Source of the DNA: Paragordius varius
Lineage: Eukaryota > Animalia > Nematomorpha
Length of the DNA: 64,000 nucleotides
Assembly (NCBI GenBank): GCA_964247055.1
Contig: OZ176053.1
Span: forward strand, 10,044,001 to 10,108,000
Reading direction: 5' to 3'
Positions within the stretch are counted from its first letter, which is position 1. Each line of letters starts with the position of its first letter. Made by a program: the position numbers and the translations under genes. The notes beneath the pieces were generated by a model. The model had not been told where the DNA came from, searched no databases, and worked only from the letters and a program-made list of their open reading frames with translations. Below are positions 12,673 to 26,100 of the stretch, piece by piece.

Positions 12673-13350
12673 TTCTAGATTATAAAACAGAAATATTAAT
12701 AAAACCTCTCTTCAGCTACCTGTAATATAAATAAGCAATGTTAATATATATATATATATATAAATATATCCAAGCGATGTAATGTTTATAGATAAATTTA
12801 TCCGGTTTGACTCTGTTATAAATGCATTCAGTCTATTCAAAAGTTATCACAAATTCAATTATACAGTTGCAAAATCAATTAAGTTATTCGTTCTTAATTT
12901 AAAAATCATCAAATTATTCAAAAAATTTTTAAAGAACTCAAAAAAATTTCAAAACCTTTTTAGATTGGAATTGGGGTCAATATTGTTAATGTTTTGGATG
13001 TTAAACCATTTTATATTAATTTTAAGGATGTTACATAACCGTTTATGCCCAAAATGTTGAATAACTGAATTATAATCTGACAAATATATCTATTAAATAA
13101 AAAACCATTTTTTTAAACATTGAAAATATGAATATACTCATTTCTATAAGAATGGTTATTCATATTTTAATTTGAAGATTAATAACATGTTTAAAAAGCC
13201 CATATTTTGTTACTTTAGAACAGTCCATTTTTTCTTATTTTTTTAATAATGTGTTATGTCATGGTTTTTTTTACATATTTTATTTTTTATTATTTGGTCT
13301 AAACAGTTTATTTCGCTTAGTTTATCAGAAGAGGTTTATTCTTTTATTAG

Positions 13351-16300
13351 TTATTAATGAAGTTTAGGAATCTTTCCGAATTAGATATATGGGATTTATT
13401 TGGACAGAAGAATCTGAAAGAAAATCATAGCCATAATATAAGTTATCGAAACATAATTATTTATTTTCGAGAAAACGCTAAAAATTCAAATAACCAATCC
13501 ATGAGAATTTATATTAAGTATATTTTTATGTAATATTTGGTCAAATTCGGAATATGATCTAGCAAAACCATTCTTGCACCAATCAATTTTACATATAAAT
13601 CTGAGCAGAAACAAAAATATTTTAGATCCAAAATTTTACAGCGTAAAAAAAGACCATCATAATATATCACCCATCCCATTAACAAATGAAATTATTTTGT
13701 ATAAGAATTTTTACGGCAACGTTTTGGAATGGAAAAATTCTGTTGTTGCAATAACCATATTTCAAAACAAGGTTGTTAATATTGTTTATCAAAAACATCA
13801 AAAAAGTTGGTCTATTAGATAGAGGAAAATATTTGAGTATAGTATTCTTTTTGGTTATTCGTGTCTGAATTTATGCTAACATTTTTCCTAATTACCAATA
13901 ATTTTGAGCAAACATATTAATAAAAAAATATTTTAAAGTAAACTATATGTTATTTTGAATAACTTCTTTATCCAAAAATTTATGTTTCCGTCAAGATTTA
14001 TGGTACAATTTTATATGGAAAAAATTCTTTCAAAATTCGAGCGGTGCAAAATTGCTCATTTACATACGTGGGGTATATGGTTTTGGGTAGGAGCAATGAC
14101 AAAAATAATTTTTCTAGAGATTACATACATGCAAAAAACTTTCATAGTTTAATAAACCTTTCCAAAAGATCTCCACCTAATGATAAAACTAAATGTCAAA
14201 ATGGAAATCCATTCCAAATAATGCTTGGAATATACGTAGATCGTATAGCATTAATTGATCCTGTTATCAATGGTGATGTGGCTTTATTAACACCCTACCT
14301 CATATCGACCTTTAATTTGGTCTCATTGGCATATTTGCATCCGACACTTGGCGTCAAAATTATAATAACCATTGTTCGCATAATATATTTGTCTGGGACT
14401 GAACATCCTTTATTCATTAGGGCTGATAGGTATCTAGATTGGCTCGTTGATTTTAATGAACAATATCCAGATCGAAAGTGGGATTCGGCAATGCTTCTTA
14501 CAGGGTAAGTATTTATTAACATTTGATATTAATCAAGAATGTCCAATTAAGTACATCATTTTTTGACAACTGTTGATAGAATTATACTAAATCTTGCACC
14601 GTTTTGGTAATTTACATAAGGTTTTTATGTGTTAGACTTTTTCAGTTAATAGGTAAATAAAATATACTAACTATTTTATTACCTAACCATATATTTAAAG
14701 CGATTAGTTTATTTTAAATTTAAATAAAGCTGGTTACCAGCAAAATGTTAACCCTTTTGGGCATTTAAGAACAGCATTTGGCCAAGAGCTAGAAATTAAA
14801 AAAATGCACCCCAAATATATTAGTAAACATTATAGATGGCATTTTGAAACCGTTTGTCAAGGGCTATCAGAGAACGAAAAGCGTTTAAATTTTTTAGAAT
14901 TATAGTATTCAAGCGCTTGGTATGGATAAAACTATTATTCCTCGCTAAATGTTAAAATTTAAAATGTATTTTAACATTATTTTTAATAAAATAAAAAGAT
15001 AAAATTGTCTTTGATTTGCAGGCTTGATTTAACGGATGAAGGTAAGGATACCAGCACAGAAGGTCTTGCCTACGTAAATACCATGTGTGAACCGAAAAGT
15101 TGTGGAGTGTCCGAAATATTTCGGCAAGGTTTTTCTGCATATCGTACACTAGTCCATGAACTGGCACACAAGTCAATAATTTGCTATGATATAACCTAAC
15201 TAACTGACTTTTATATATTAATTATCACACAATGTTCTTCCAGATATGTCAAATATTTTATAATTATAGTAAACTCATGTTAAATTTAAGTTGCATACTA
15301 AATAGAATCACGCGAAAACGCCACCATATTTTTATAATTTTTAACTTTACAACATTCTATTTTTTATTAATTATACCCTACCTGAAAACACTTTCAGCTA
15401 TAAATGCATTATTGCCCTTTTATTAAATAGGGCTGGTTGGTACTTAAGTATGTGGACATAATATTTAACATATAAATCTAAAAAAATATATACTTTTTTT
15501 GATTATTCTTGTTGATTATTTTTATTTTTTTCAATGGAAACTAATAGCAGAAATAGGCTTGATTCAACCTTGTTACAATGTCTAAATTATTATCAAAAGT
15601 AAAAATTTAGTTGTTAGGTATAATGCGATACTTAACTAAGTAGACGCAAAAATATTTAAATTTATTTATTTTAGCAAAAAATATTTTGGGCTAAAAAAAA
15701 TAATTAACATGTCAAATAGTGCAATCACAATTAAAATTAAATTGGGTTTATAAAACCTTTAATCTATTTCGATGGTAATTTACAGAAAATTATTTGTTAT
15801 TTCCTAATTACATAATAAATTGCTCTATTAATATTATTATAAATTTATCCATAGTTTAGGTGTGCAACATGATGATGAAAATCCACTAGCAAATCACTAC
15901 GATTGCCTATCGAAAAATTATATAATGCGTGCTATCGAAGGCACACCAAGCCATTTTTGGTCATGGTGCAGTCGGAAATCTTTAGCTCTCACGATACCAC
16001 AATTTAAGTGCATGTGTAAAAGTAACACTTCAATCTTGGGTATGTTTATAAAATAAATAGTATCAGGGTTTGAAGCCCAGGCGAAAAAAATGGAGTCGGA
16101 TCAGGGTAGAGACGTTTAGAACCAGATTGGGACATTTTAGGGTGAGAACGGTGCCTTTCTCCTACCAAAAGTTGGAAAAACCTGGCGTACCAACGGTTTT
16201 TGCTTAAATTGAGGGAGGGTCTGGTAGGTGGTTCTAATTATAGTTCGAAGCCGCTGGAAAAACATTTTATATAATTCTTAATGTTAATACATATTTAACA

Positions 16301-19300
16301 ACGAGTTTTTAAATAAAGTTTAGATATTAATATCATAATAGACTCGTTAAGACTTTAACTGTCTTTCAAGAGCACGTTACTTAAACAATTTCGTTTGAAA
16401 AGTTATAGATATAATTATAAAAATAGACGATTTTCACCATTTAATAAATAGGCACAAATTTAGTTATATAAAAACAATATAATACCAAAAATAGCCCACC
16501 GTTTACTGTAAGCCATGTACGAGATTGTGGTGTAAAATAGGAATAGATAAAAAACGACCCAAAAATCGTAAAAGCATACGTGTAAGCTCATTCAAGTTTA
16601 ATTAATATATATGCACCGATCTTGGTTCCACTTTTTATTCGATACTGGGTAACGTAAAATTAAAAATTTTCGAAAAAAACTTTCCAATTTATCTATGAAG
16701 TGCGGAAAACGTAAAATTTTTTATACAAGAATATTGATCTTAGGTTTTTTTTTGTCAAGCGCCTTTTTAAATCCTGGGTTGCCCTTCCCAATTATTTTCC
16801 CATTTACAACTTGAACCAGCTAGCAATGTTTCAGAAAGTGCATAGACTCATCAATTCAGTAATTTATATTTATTCATTTAAGGATCTTAAGTCACTTTAT
16901 AAACCTACCAAAGCTTGAGTTAAGTCCGACGACACGTAAAAGGGCAGAGCTAGTAATTATATGTACATATTTGTTATGCAAATCTGAAAGATATACTTTA
17001 TTTTTATATCATAACTTTCACCGTTATTTGAATTGTATTATTTTCTATATTTTTTGTGTAATATGTAAATATTATAACCTTTGTTACTTGAAATTTTATT
17101 GTTATAATGCAAATTATGTACAATTAAAATTACTATATATAAACCCTAAAACCAAATTCAACTCATTTCACATTTCTTATATTATCTCCTCATCTTTACA
17201 AGTTAACAACTGGTGGCAATTCATTTTCACATTTCTCTTATTATCTCTTTATCTTACAAGATAACATTGGTAGCCAATTCGAGTACCGAACTAATCTAAC
17301 AAATAACCTAACACAACAGTGGAACCCACCGGGTTCCAAACTCGGATGGTGGGAGAGTCCAAAATGCAACAACCATGACAATGTCAATTGCCATTATCAC
17401 CAACATGTCCAACAAAAATAATGATAATACCAATTATAACAATGGTAATAATTTTAATCGATTACAACAAATCCTCGGACAATTCGCGCAAGGGTTATGG
17501 GAGCGTTCATGGGCCAAGCAAATGTCCCGCCTGGAACCGCAATTGCAAATGCGGAAAACCCAACCACTTCGCTAATGTAGATCAAAAAAACACTGCCAAA
17601 AAAAAATGTTCAACCGCCATTGCACTGAAAGCGAACGGGCTAATAATCTATAGCAACTTTGGAATCATTATCAACAAATGGCTGGGGAGGACTCCCACAT
17701 CATTCAACATTTGATGGATGGGTAAGTAAGATTGGCGCGGACAAGCTTGTAATAAGATTGATCGGTAAGACGCCTACCTCCCCAGGCCGAGCTAAAGCAA
17801 CATCCTCGAAGATTTCAACAATAAGAGGATGTGTCAGTTACAAAAAGGACACAGTTAAGATTCCTTACAGCGCCGATAGTATTTCAGTGCGCCTGGACCA
17901 GTTTAAAAATGGTCTAGGTTGGCGTGAGGCATAGATCCAATGAAACACGTCGACACACATAACATGAGATGTTATCTTTCAAACTAAGATTCGTCGACAC
18001 ACCCACGACACCGGTCACTCAAACAATAGTAATGATAGTGCTCACGACAATAACACTAATATTAATGGTAACATTATTGATAAAATAACAATAGCAATAA
18101 TGACAATATCAATGTAAATCCGCACGAGCGTCGTTACCCCGAGAGAATTTGGCGGAAGCCGGTCCGGTTCTCTTAAGGGGGAAGTGATGTTATGCAAATC
18201 TGAAAGATATACTTTATTTTTATATCATAACTTTCACCGTTATTTGAATTGTATTATTTTCTATATTTTTTGTGTAATATGTAAATATTATAACCTTTGT
18301 TACTTGAAATTTTATTGTTATAATGCAAATTATGTACAACTAAAATTACTATATATAAACCCTAAAACCAAATTCAACTCATTTCACATTTCTTATATTA
18401 TCTCCTCATCTTTACAAGTTAACAACTGGTGGCAATTCATTTTCACATTTCTCTTATTATCTCTTTATCTTAAAAGATAACAATATTATATCGTTTTTAC
18501 AATATAATAGTGGTTCAAACTCGTTCATAACTATTAGAAAATGAGCCAAAGCAACCCAATATTCCAAGAAAAAAGGACGGCGAAGAAATGCGAATTAATA
18601 AAACAATTGAAAGAGAAATGATGGAGACATTACCCGGGTTAATAGTTTCGCTTGATCAACAATGCTACTATATATATGGAATATTGTACTATGCAAGGTT
18701 TATAAATTGTCAAGAATTGCAATGTTTGACCGATCGACCCTATGGTGTAGGGTATTATAGGATAGAACCTATGGAAGGTACTTATTGTGCCGAAAATAAA
18801 TTTTGTATAAATCAAACATGCCAAGAAGGAACTGAAAAAGGTAGATAATATATTTTTTATTTATATTTTTAGAAAGGGGGATTGTTTTGTTATTAATATT
18901 TAAAACATACATAGATTGGCCATTATCCTATAGAACCAAGAAATTTAAATCTATATCCGGCGGATATTCTCCTTGGAAATTAGAGCCAAAAGCAAGAGTG
19001 CCATTGTTGGAGGGTAGTTTAATAAGAGATAATATATCTATTCCTGAAAACAATAACTATAACAAAACCCGTACACAACTTGAAAAGAATTGTGTTAGTT
19101 CGTGTATTAAAGGATCCATATACACATCCATTTGGTTATCAACATGTTCTAACCCCTATCCACAAAATGGTGGAAATGCATGCGCTAATAAAGCTATCAG
19201 GACTTATGTTTCAACGTGTATACCAAGTAAAAAGGTTACATGACTTCCTCTTTTATCGATTTTTTGATAAATTATTGAGTCGAAATTATTATCTTCCAAG

Positions 19301-21464
19301 GTAGTTTCTTGGATCGGTTATGCGCACAAGGGTTTTTATAGTACACGAGGAAAATTTGTTACATTTATTAGAATAATTAAATTAATGATAAAAATAAATC
19401 AAATAATATTTAAGTGTATAAAAGAAATAGGTTTATGAAAATATCACACTTTCTAGTATATATGGCTAATGGCGGAATACGGATGTTAACTGCACGCGGT
19501 CAAGATAACCAAAACTTTTAATTTTACAAAAAAATTAAATGCCGACTGCCCCGATCTTAGTATAATACAGTAAAGATTTGAGGTTCAATGTTTGCAATTA
19601 AAGCTTATTTTTCTCAAAAACTTATTTTCTTTCACAAAATTCAAGATATTGCGCATTAACAAGGTTGCTTACTCTATCCATTCTCACTTTCTAGCACAGT
19701 TTTTTTATGAGAAATAATACGATATTATGGAGGTTCACACATATAAGAGTGTATAAAATGAATTGCGAATCCTTTACATGGTTGAGCTGAGCTCTCATCA
19801 TAATTTTTTGAACTGGTTTTTTAAAGTTGTATATCCAAATATTATATTTGCGAAATATAACATTGCTATATATTTAGGAAGAATGCAAAACTTTAGTAAC
19901 ATACGATGAATACGATGCAAAATTTTGTGAAAATATGGCTCACCTCCATCCTGATTGGAACTTTATCAGTTTGGTTGTTCAAAGAAATATTTCATCATGC
20001 TATTATTCTTGTTTGACTCAAAATAGAAGTTTAGTGCCCCTTTTACGAAAGTTTTATATGGATGGAACTTTGTGCTCAACGGATTACAATGATGGAACTG
20101 ATAAAAAATATTGTATAAATCAAAGATGCAGAATATTACCTGTTATGCCAACCGATTTTAATGAAAATAATCTTTCACCCGAATCAAAATGGCAACTAAA
20201 CACTACCAGGTTTAAAATATTTTAGTGATGGTTTATTAATGTTTTTGATAGTTAGCATTATAATTTCAGAATCCAAATCTTACAAAAATAGAACCGAAAC
20301 CGGACTAGATTGCCTTTTAAAAGTTAATAATGAGACTCAAGTATATGAGTGTAAAATTAACCTAATGAACACAAAAATATGAACAATACTAATATATTTT
20401 AAATATATACTAGCAGTCTCGAAGTACATTTTCGTCATAGTAGATTAATTCTTAAAATTTTATTTATTCTAAAGATTGAAATTCAAATATTAGTAAATTG
20501 TCAATTGTAAGATTTAACTATTTTTTTGGTGATAATAGATATTTAATATAAATTTTGGATAATTTTTAAAAAAAATAAGCATTTAAAAACCACTCTTGGC
20601 GAGCAGAACACAGTTTTGGCAACACTATCTAATACCATGCATGGTAATTGTTGCCAACCCATCGATATCGGCTTCTCAATCTAAAAAACCGGGTTTAATT
20701 TCAGTTTTTCAGTTGTTTTTTTTAAATCCATAAAATGACAAATTTAATTTATTTGAATTGTAATGGACTGAATTGTTTTATTTATTTCCTCTATAAGAGT
20801 ATTTTTAACTAATCAATCAGCACCAACAACATGGCTATAGATGCTAATGTATTAAAATCAATATAAATTTTTAAAATTGTGTGCCGTTACAATTATTTGC
20901 AATAAAAAATTTAAAACTGGCTTTTAACTTTTTTTAACACTTTTTAGTAAACTAACGACAAAAACCCAAATATTTAACAATTCAATTTCCAAATCAACTC
21001 TTGATATCGATTCTACTACAACATGGGAAAATGTAGAAATTAACACTTTAAAATCTACTCAAAACAAAATAACAGTTCAAAGAACAAAAAAGTTAACCAC
21101 TTTTCCGAAAGTAAAGACTAAGAATCGACATTCAACCATGTCCTATTCAACACCCTTATCTTCACCTAAATCATTTTCTGGTAATTTATCTTTAAAATCT
21201 ACATCATTGCAACCAGGCATCAAATTGGCATCTATTTTACTAATCACTTCAATCTTATTGATAATGATAATCTGTTTGATCCTTTGTGTTCAATACTACG
21301 TTTTATTACGCAAAAAGCAGGCATTAGTATCCTCAGAATCAACAATAAACTATGATCAAACTAAAGGAGTTGATGCATATGCGAATGCAAACGATGGATA
21401 TCAATATTATGAACCCTATAATAATTATTATGATATTAATCAAGATACTAAAAAAGCTGGTTAA
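13351..21464 (+). CDS. ADAMTS-like reprolysin (M12B) zinc metalloprotease with C-terminal transmembrane anchor; signal-peptide exon unresolved
   Basis: Frame-consistent GT-AG path: 13351-13441, 13563-13771, 13996-14504 (prodomain end, LSKR furin-like site, ...WDSAMLLTG), 15022-15171 (GLAYVNTMC...HELAH), 15855-16021 (NLGVQHD, YIM Met-turn, WSWCS), 18538-18840 (LPG..DQQC...EGTYC...C disintegrin-like), 18915-19234 (GGYSPW...CSNPYPQNGGNAC TSP1-like), 19878-20209 (DGTLC...YCINQRC Cys-rich), 20948-21464 (S/T stalk, TM, tail). Zinc motif HELAHNLGVQHD is intact. The 16021/18538 junction is the least certain. Confidence 0.85.
16972..17266 (+). repeat. 5' LTR
   Basis: Direct repeat of 18188-18482 with TG...CA termini. 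Confidence 0.93.
18188..18482 (+). repeat. 3' LTR
   Basis: Direct repeat of 16972-17266, preceded by a polypurine tract. Confidence 0.93.
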
Positions 21465-22920
21465 TTTTTATCTCTAACGTATATAATAAATTGATAGGCT
21501 ATCTAAATTTTAACAGAAAAAGAAAATTAGATTAACAAATAGCTTTTAACACATTTTATACGTAAATATTGATAATAATTTAAGCGTACCTTCTGTTTAT
21601 AATAAATACCCAAATGTTTAAATAAAAAGTTGTTCCCACTTTTCCATTTATTCTCATATATAATGTTTGGTTCCAAATTTTGGCCTTTCTTTGGTGTATT
21701 TCAATATTTGAATTTCTTAGAATGTACAAAGGGACCCAAAAATTTGATACGTTATCAAGCATAAATATATTCTTAAGCTAGTATTAAAAAAGTTCCACAT
21801 GTATTTTTCGTGTGAGATTTTTTGACAATTAATGAATTAAATATTTATAGATATTCACAAAAAAATAGGATTTAAATAAATGAAAATTATGTCAGAAAAG
21901 TTTTTTTTTAGGAATAGTTAATAAACATTTTAGAATAAAGCTATAAGAGTTTAAATGAATAAAAAATATATATTGGTTAGGCAATACTTTTGGGTTAATA
22001 TTTAACCCTAAAGTAATATCAGACAAAATAACCTGTTCATTATAATTAAATTTGAGAGCTTTATTATTGGACCTTAGAAGAGGGTTGCAAAAAAAATAAT
22101 TTGAGAAATATTCTCATAAAATCTCAGTAAAATTGATATTTTTTAAAAAAATTTCATAAACCTGAATAAGGGGTGTACTAGTAAAAATTGTGTTTCGGTG
22201 TTATATTACCTAGAGTTAGAAATGTATTATATTCTATTCCTATATTCAGACCACCAGGGTTTATGAATTAATGCGGCCCACGAGGCTCTTTGTGAACACT
22301 ATTGCTCTAGAAGTTATAAAATAAGTTATTTTTAACTATAATTTCAAAATACGTAATATATTTATTTTCATAATATTTAATACAAAAAATACCCCATATT
22401 CTTAATATAAAAAATTCACATAAAATATTTTTATTTATTAATTTTAAAGACTAAGTTGGCTTTGAAGCGTTTCAGAAATTCTAGCCATTAACATTCACTT
22501 ATGTGCCTAGGTATTAATTTTTAATGGTTCGATTATAGTCGAGTTATACTAAGCTGCTCGTAAATTCAGTTTCAAAAATCCTATTTTTGGTGCAATCATC
22601 TGGAAACATATGGGACCAATTAATTTTTATAGTCCTTTGTTATTAAATAATGTGTGCGCAGATGGTCCACTTTTTTAGTTGTTTCCTTTTTGGTTGATGG
22701 GGACAAAACTGAAAATGGCTTTAAAGGAGATTAGCACTATATAAAAATGGCGATAAAGCTAATGTTTTTGATTAAACAGATGTATGTTGCACTAATTTGT
22801 GTTGGTAAAGAGGATAACAAAACGAAAATAGGGGTCAGGAATGAAAAACAAACTTATTTTATGTCATTTCTATCTCATATCCAAAAAATTACTTTTACAA
22901 TAGTAGAAAAAATATACTTA

Positions 22921-23105
22921 CAGTATGAGGAAGTATATATTGCCAGAAAGCTTTTTATTATTAAATAGCATTGCAGCAAAGAGTATTATTATTGGCTAGT
23001 AATAGTAAAAAGTGAATAAAATAACTATAAGCCAATAATACTGCCCTTTGTTGTATATGCTATTTGGCAATAAAACTTTCTAGCAATGTATACTTACTCA
23101 TACTG
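22921..23105. mobile_element. Palindromic Tc1/mariner-type MITE
   Basis: CAGTATGAG...CTCATACTG with ~75-bp imperfect TIRs. TA on the left flank only. Confidence 0.65.
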
Positions 23106-26100
23106 CAATTTGAAAATGTTGGGTTTTAAAATTGAAAAAGTAAAATCATTTTATAGAAAACGTTTTTGGTTTAAAAATTCCTAATATGGTTGCCATTTCG
23201 ATCCCTGGTAACTTTATTTGTAAAACAACAAATATTTTTTCATTAATCTATATCAAAATAAATGTTAATAAATTCTAAAATATTTTGATTTTGGGGTAGA
23301 AAAATTTCAAAAAATCTTCTTAGATCTTATTACCGCAATTATTGGTTGAACATAGGTTTGGCAAAGTTTAAAATGTGCAACGAGAGGGGGAATGTAAGGA
23401 ATCCGTTATAATTAATTAACTTTTCATTATAATCTAGGTAACTATTGATCAAAAAAATAATTTTTAGCCTTTTGCATTGTTAGTTGTTAATTAAATATAC
23501 TTTGTCAATACAATCCAAGTTATAAATAACAAGAGACATTTTTTAATTAAGTAATGAAATTTTCATAAGGAACGTAAAAATGTTATACTAAGTAATGGTT
23601 ATAAATTTTTGTTATTAAATTAATTAAATTTCAACCTAAATTTACACCAAAAAAATATATTTATTAGGTTAATAATAAATGGAAAAAATTAAGCTCCTAG
23701 TAATCGGATTACCAAACCTTTTTCTCATCATTTGACCACTTCAAACTTTTTTATCTTGTTGTTTACTAAAATCTTAAAATAGTTTTTTAAAGCGCTTATA
23801 AGATTATTTTTTAACGACGTAGGAAACAATGCTTAATATTTTTAGGGATTTCAACCATGGCTATATGATTACCTTTAGTGTCATTTATATTGTTTCTATT
23901 TTTGTTCCCTCTTAAACCATCATATAAATTACCTTATCAGAGCAAAAAATCATCATCGCACGCGTTCGAAAAAATTACATGAATATTTTAAATTTTAATT
24001 ATCACATAATAATATAATTTTTAGGAAATGCACCACCGTTCCAAATCCGAGATGATTTATCAACTATTAATACTGATCCATCATAAGATTAAATAACTTT
24101 TTTATTTACGATTTAGAACTTCAGGAAAATTATATCATGTTAAAAATACTAAAAAATAACTAACAAAACATATTATACCAAGTTTTAACATGCAACAAAA
24201 TAAATGAAACACGCTAAAATTATGCTTATTTCTCTTTTGTTAGAGTAAACCTGTATAAACATTTACGTATGAGATAATTTTTTTCTGAACTACTTAAAAT
24301 ATGGATAATTTTTTATTATTATGCCGAGTTGTAATTGACTTTTGTTTCGTTATTTTAACAAAAAATGGAACAACATATATTAAAATGATAATAGGTAAAA
24401 TAATTAGTGGTAAATAATATTTTTTAGATGAAAAGATTGGGCATAATCTCTGCGAATAGCGGATAAATATAACATAAACAAATATAAAATAGTTAAACAG
24501 ACCAACACATCTGCACATAAACATCAAATTATTGAATAAAAAATTTTTATTTGCATCGTCATTTAGTTTTTTTAGTCGTAGAAAATGACTAGTGTAAAAA
24601 TTAAGAAGTTAAGCAGGAGCTCAAATGTGATAAATGGTAGTAGTTATATGCAATGTATGAGGCAATCATTCTATGAAATAGGTAAATAAAGCCCGAACAT
24701 ACAAATACAGATTGGCACAAAATCATTGATTTTATGTTGAATGAAAAAGTTTAAGGTATTCGGAATTAAGTTATTAAATCCAATCATTTCGATATGATAA
24801 TTAGAAAAGCTTGCATTTTTGGCGTTCGATGCATGAATCCGTGATGGCGTTCCCCTCCATTCAACCCCTTGCATTTTTAAAAAAATTAACCAAATCAAAC
24901 CGTACTCATAAATAATGTTTGTTTTATGTATTTATAATAACCGCCCTACCTACGCCTCTGAATAATTTAAAATCTTCGGTCGAAAATTGGCAAAAATAAT
25001 TTAATTAACCAGCTTTTTAAAAAAAATGAAGGTCGCATCGCAGGAAATTTATAGATTTGCGATAATTTTGTATAAAATTATTATTTATTCTACACCTGAC
25101 CAATGTCAAACTTTAGTTTTACTGCCCTGGCAGCCACCTGTATGTTTTTCAAGATTAAAATCTTCTATCCAAAACCTGCGCTACATTCTTTTAAAAAATG
25201 TATAAAAAAACTACTTTTATATATATTATAATCGGTTAAGTGATATTTCATGAGTAAATTTATACCAATAATAAACATTTAGAATTTTAGCGATTGGATT
25301 TTAATAAAATTTATTGATTATATATTCTGCTTGAAAAGGCCTAGGATTTTGTAAAAATCATTCCTCTGACGAAATTATCTAAAAAGTAAAATCGTCAAGC
25401 TTAATTAATTTATGGGAATACGGAAAAGGCTAAATATTTTACTTTATTTTATAACCATCATTATTAATAATACAACGTGTGTCAACACTATAAAGCCGAT
25501 ATACATTCTAGCTTTTGAAATAAAAAACATATAAAAATTTAAAGGGAAAAATCTTTGATAACATATTTATTATTTTATTTATCAATGAAATTAATATTCG
25601 TAAAATTAATAAAATCCTAATCCCTACCTCTATTTCTTATCTTCCTATGCTATCTGATCGTTAGACACCATTTTTGCTTTTTTAATATTTTTTCAGAATA
25701 CTAATCTTAGCAAGAGGCAAAATGATTTTTAGAAAATTTGATATTTTATATAACAATTTTCGCGTTTATCCTTCTGATAACGAATAACCTAATAAATTAT
25801 TTATTAAAAAATTAATAATAATGATATTAATTAAATGGTCGTTAGAAATTAGTTTGGTTATTTTAATGTTAATACAGTTATTATTATATAGAACTCGTTT
25901 CGATTTCCATGTTTGGTGTAGCAACAGTAAATGAAATCTGAAAGTAAGAACATTATTTAAACAAAATTATATGATCTCAACAGTTAGGGAAGACCAAATT
26001 ATTTGAAGTAATTTAATCCTTTTTTTCCTATAAATAATAGGTTTTTTTAATTTTTTTAAAAAAACTCAATTCATAGGCATTTCTGAGATATGTTATATTG

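Larger units (their letters stand above)
16972..18482 (+). mobile_element. Non-autonomous LTR retrotransposon (Gypsy/Mag-like deletion derivative)
   Basis: LTRs 16972-17266 and 18188-18482 (295 bp, TGTTAT...ATAACA, 2 mismatches seen). 5-bp TSD ATATT on both sides; PBS-like TGGTAGCC at 17268; PPT AAGGGGGAAG at 18175-18184. Internal region has a gag Zn-knuckle remnant (HGPSKCPAWNRNCKCGKPNHFANV) and an integrase-tail-like RRYPERIWRKPVRFS*. Confidence 0.93.

Noticed and set aside
14068-14090. A second 23-nt GT-AG intron joining ORF 13955 to ORF 14044 in the protease
   Set aside because: An acceptor at 13995 opens a continuous frame (IYGTILYGKNSFKIRAVQN...) that matches the upstream phase-0 donor and fits the prodomain better, so no micro-intron is needed.
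16925-16953. Helitron-like 3' end (ccgacgacacgtaaaagggcagagCTAGT)
   Set aside because: The hairpin is poor and no matching 5' TC end or second copy was found.
17560-17837. Minus-strand frames in the LTR interior weakly resembling Gypsy pre-RT (FEDV..PG) and protease motifs, suggesting an internal inversion
   Set aside because: Similarity is marginal and the motif order is opposite to that expected; not supportable without an HMM search.
16971-18480. Two near-identical 97-98 aa ORFs (16971-17264 and 18184-18480)
   Set aside because: They are chance open frames across the two LTR copies, not duplicated genes.
23600-24898. Hydrophobic minus-strand ORFs (24294-24608, 24671-24898) resembling GPCR TM3-TM4 next to the neuropeptide gene
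   Set aside because: Cys-to-RY spacing is 18 rather than 25 residues, neighbouring frames are full of stops, and F/I/L/Y-rich frames are expected in AT-rich DNA.
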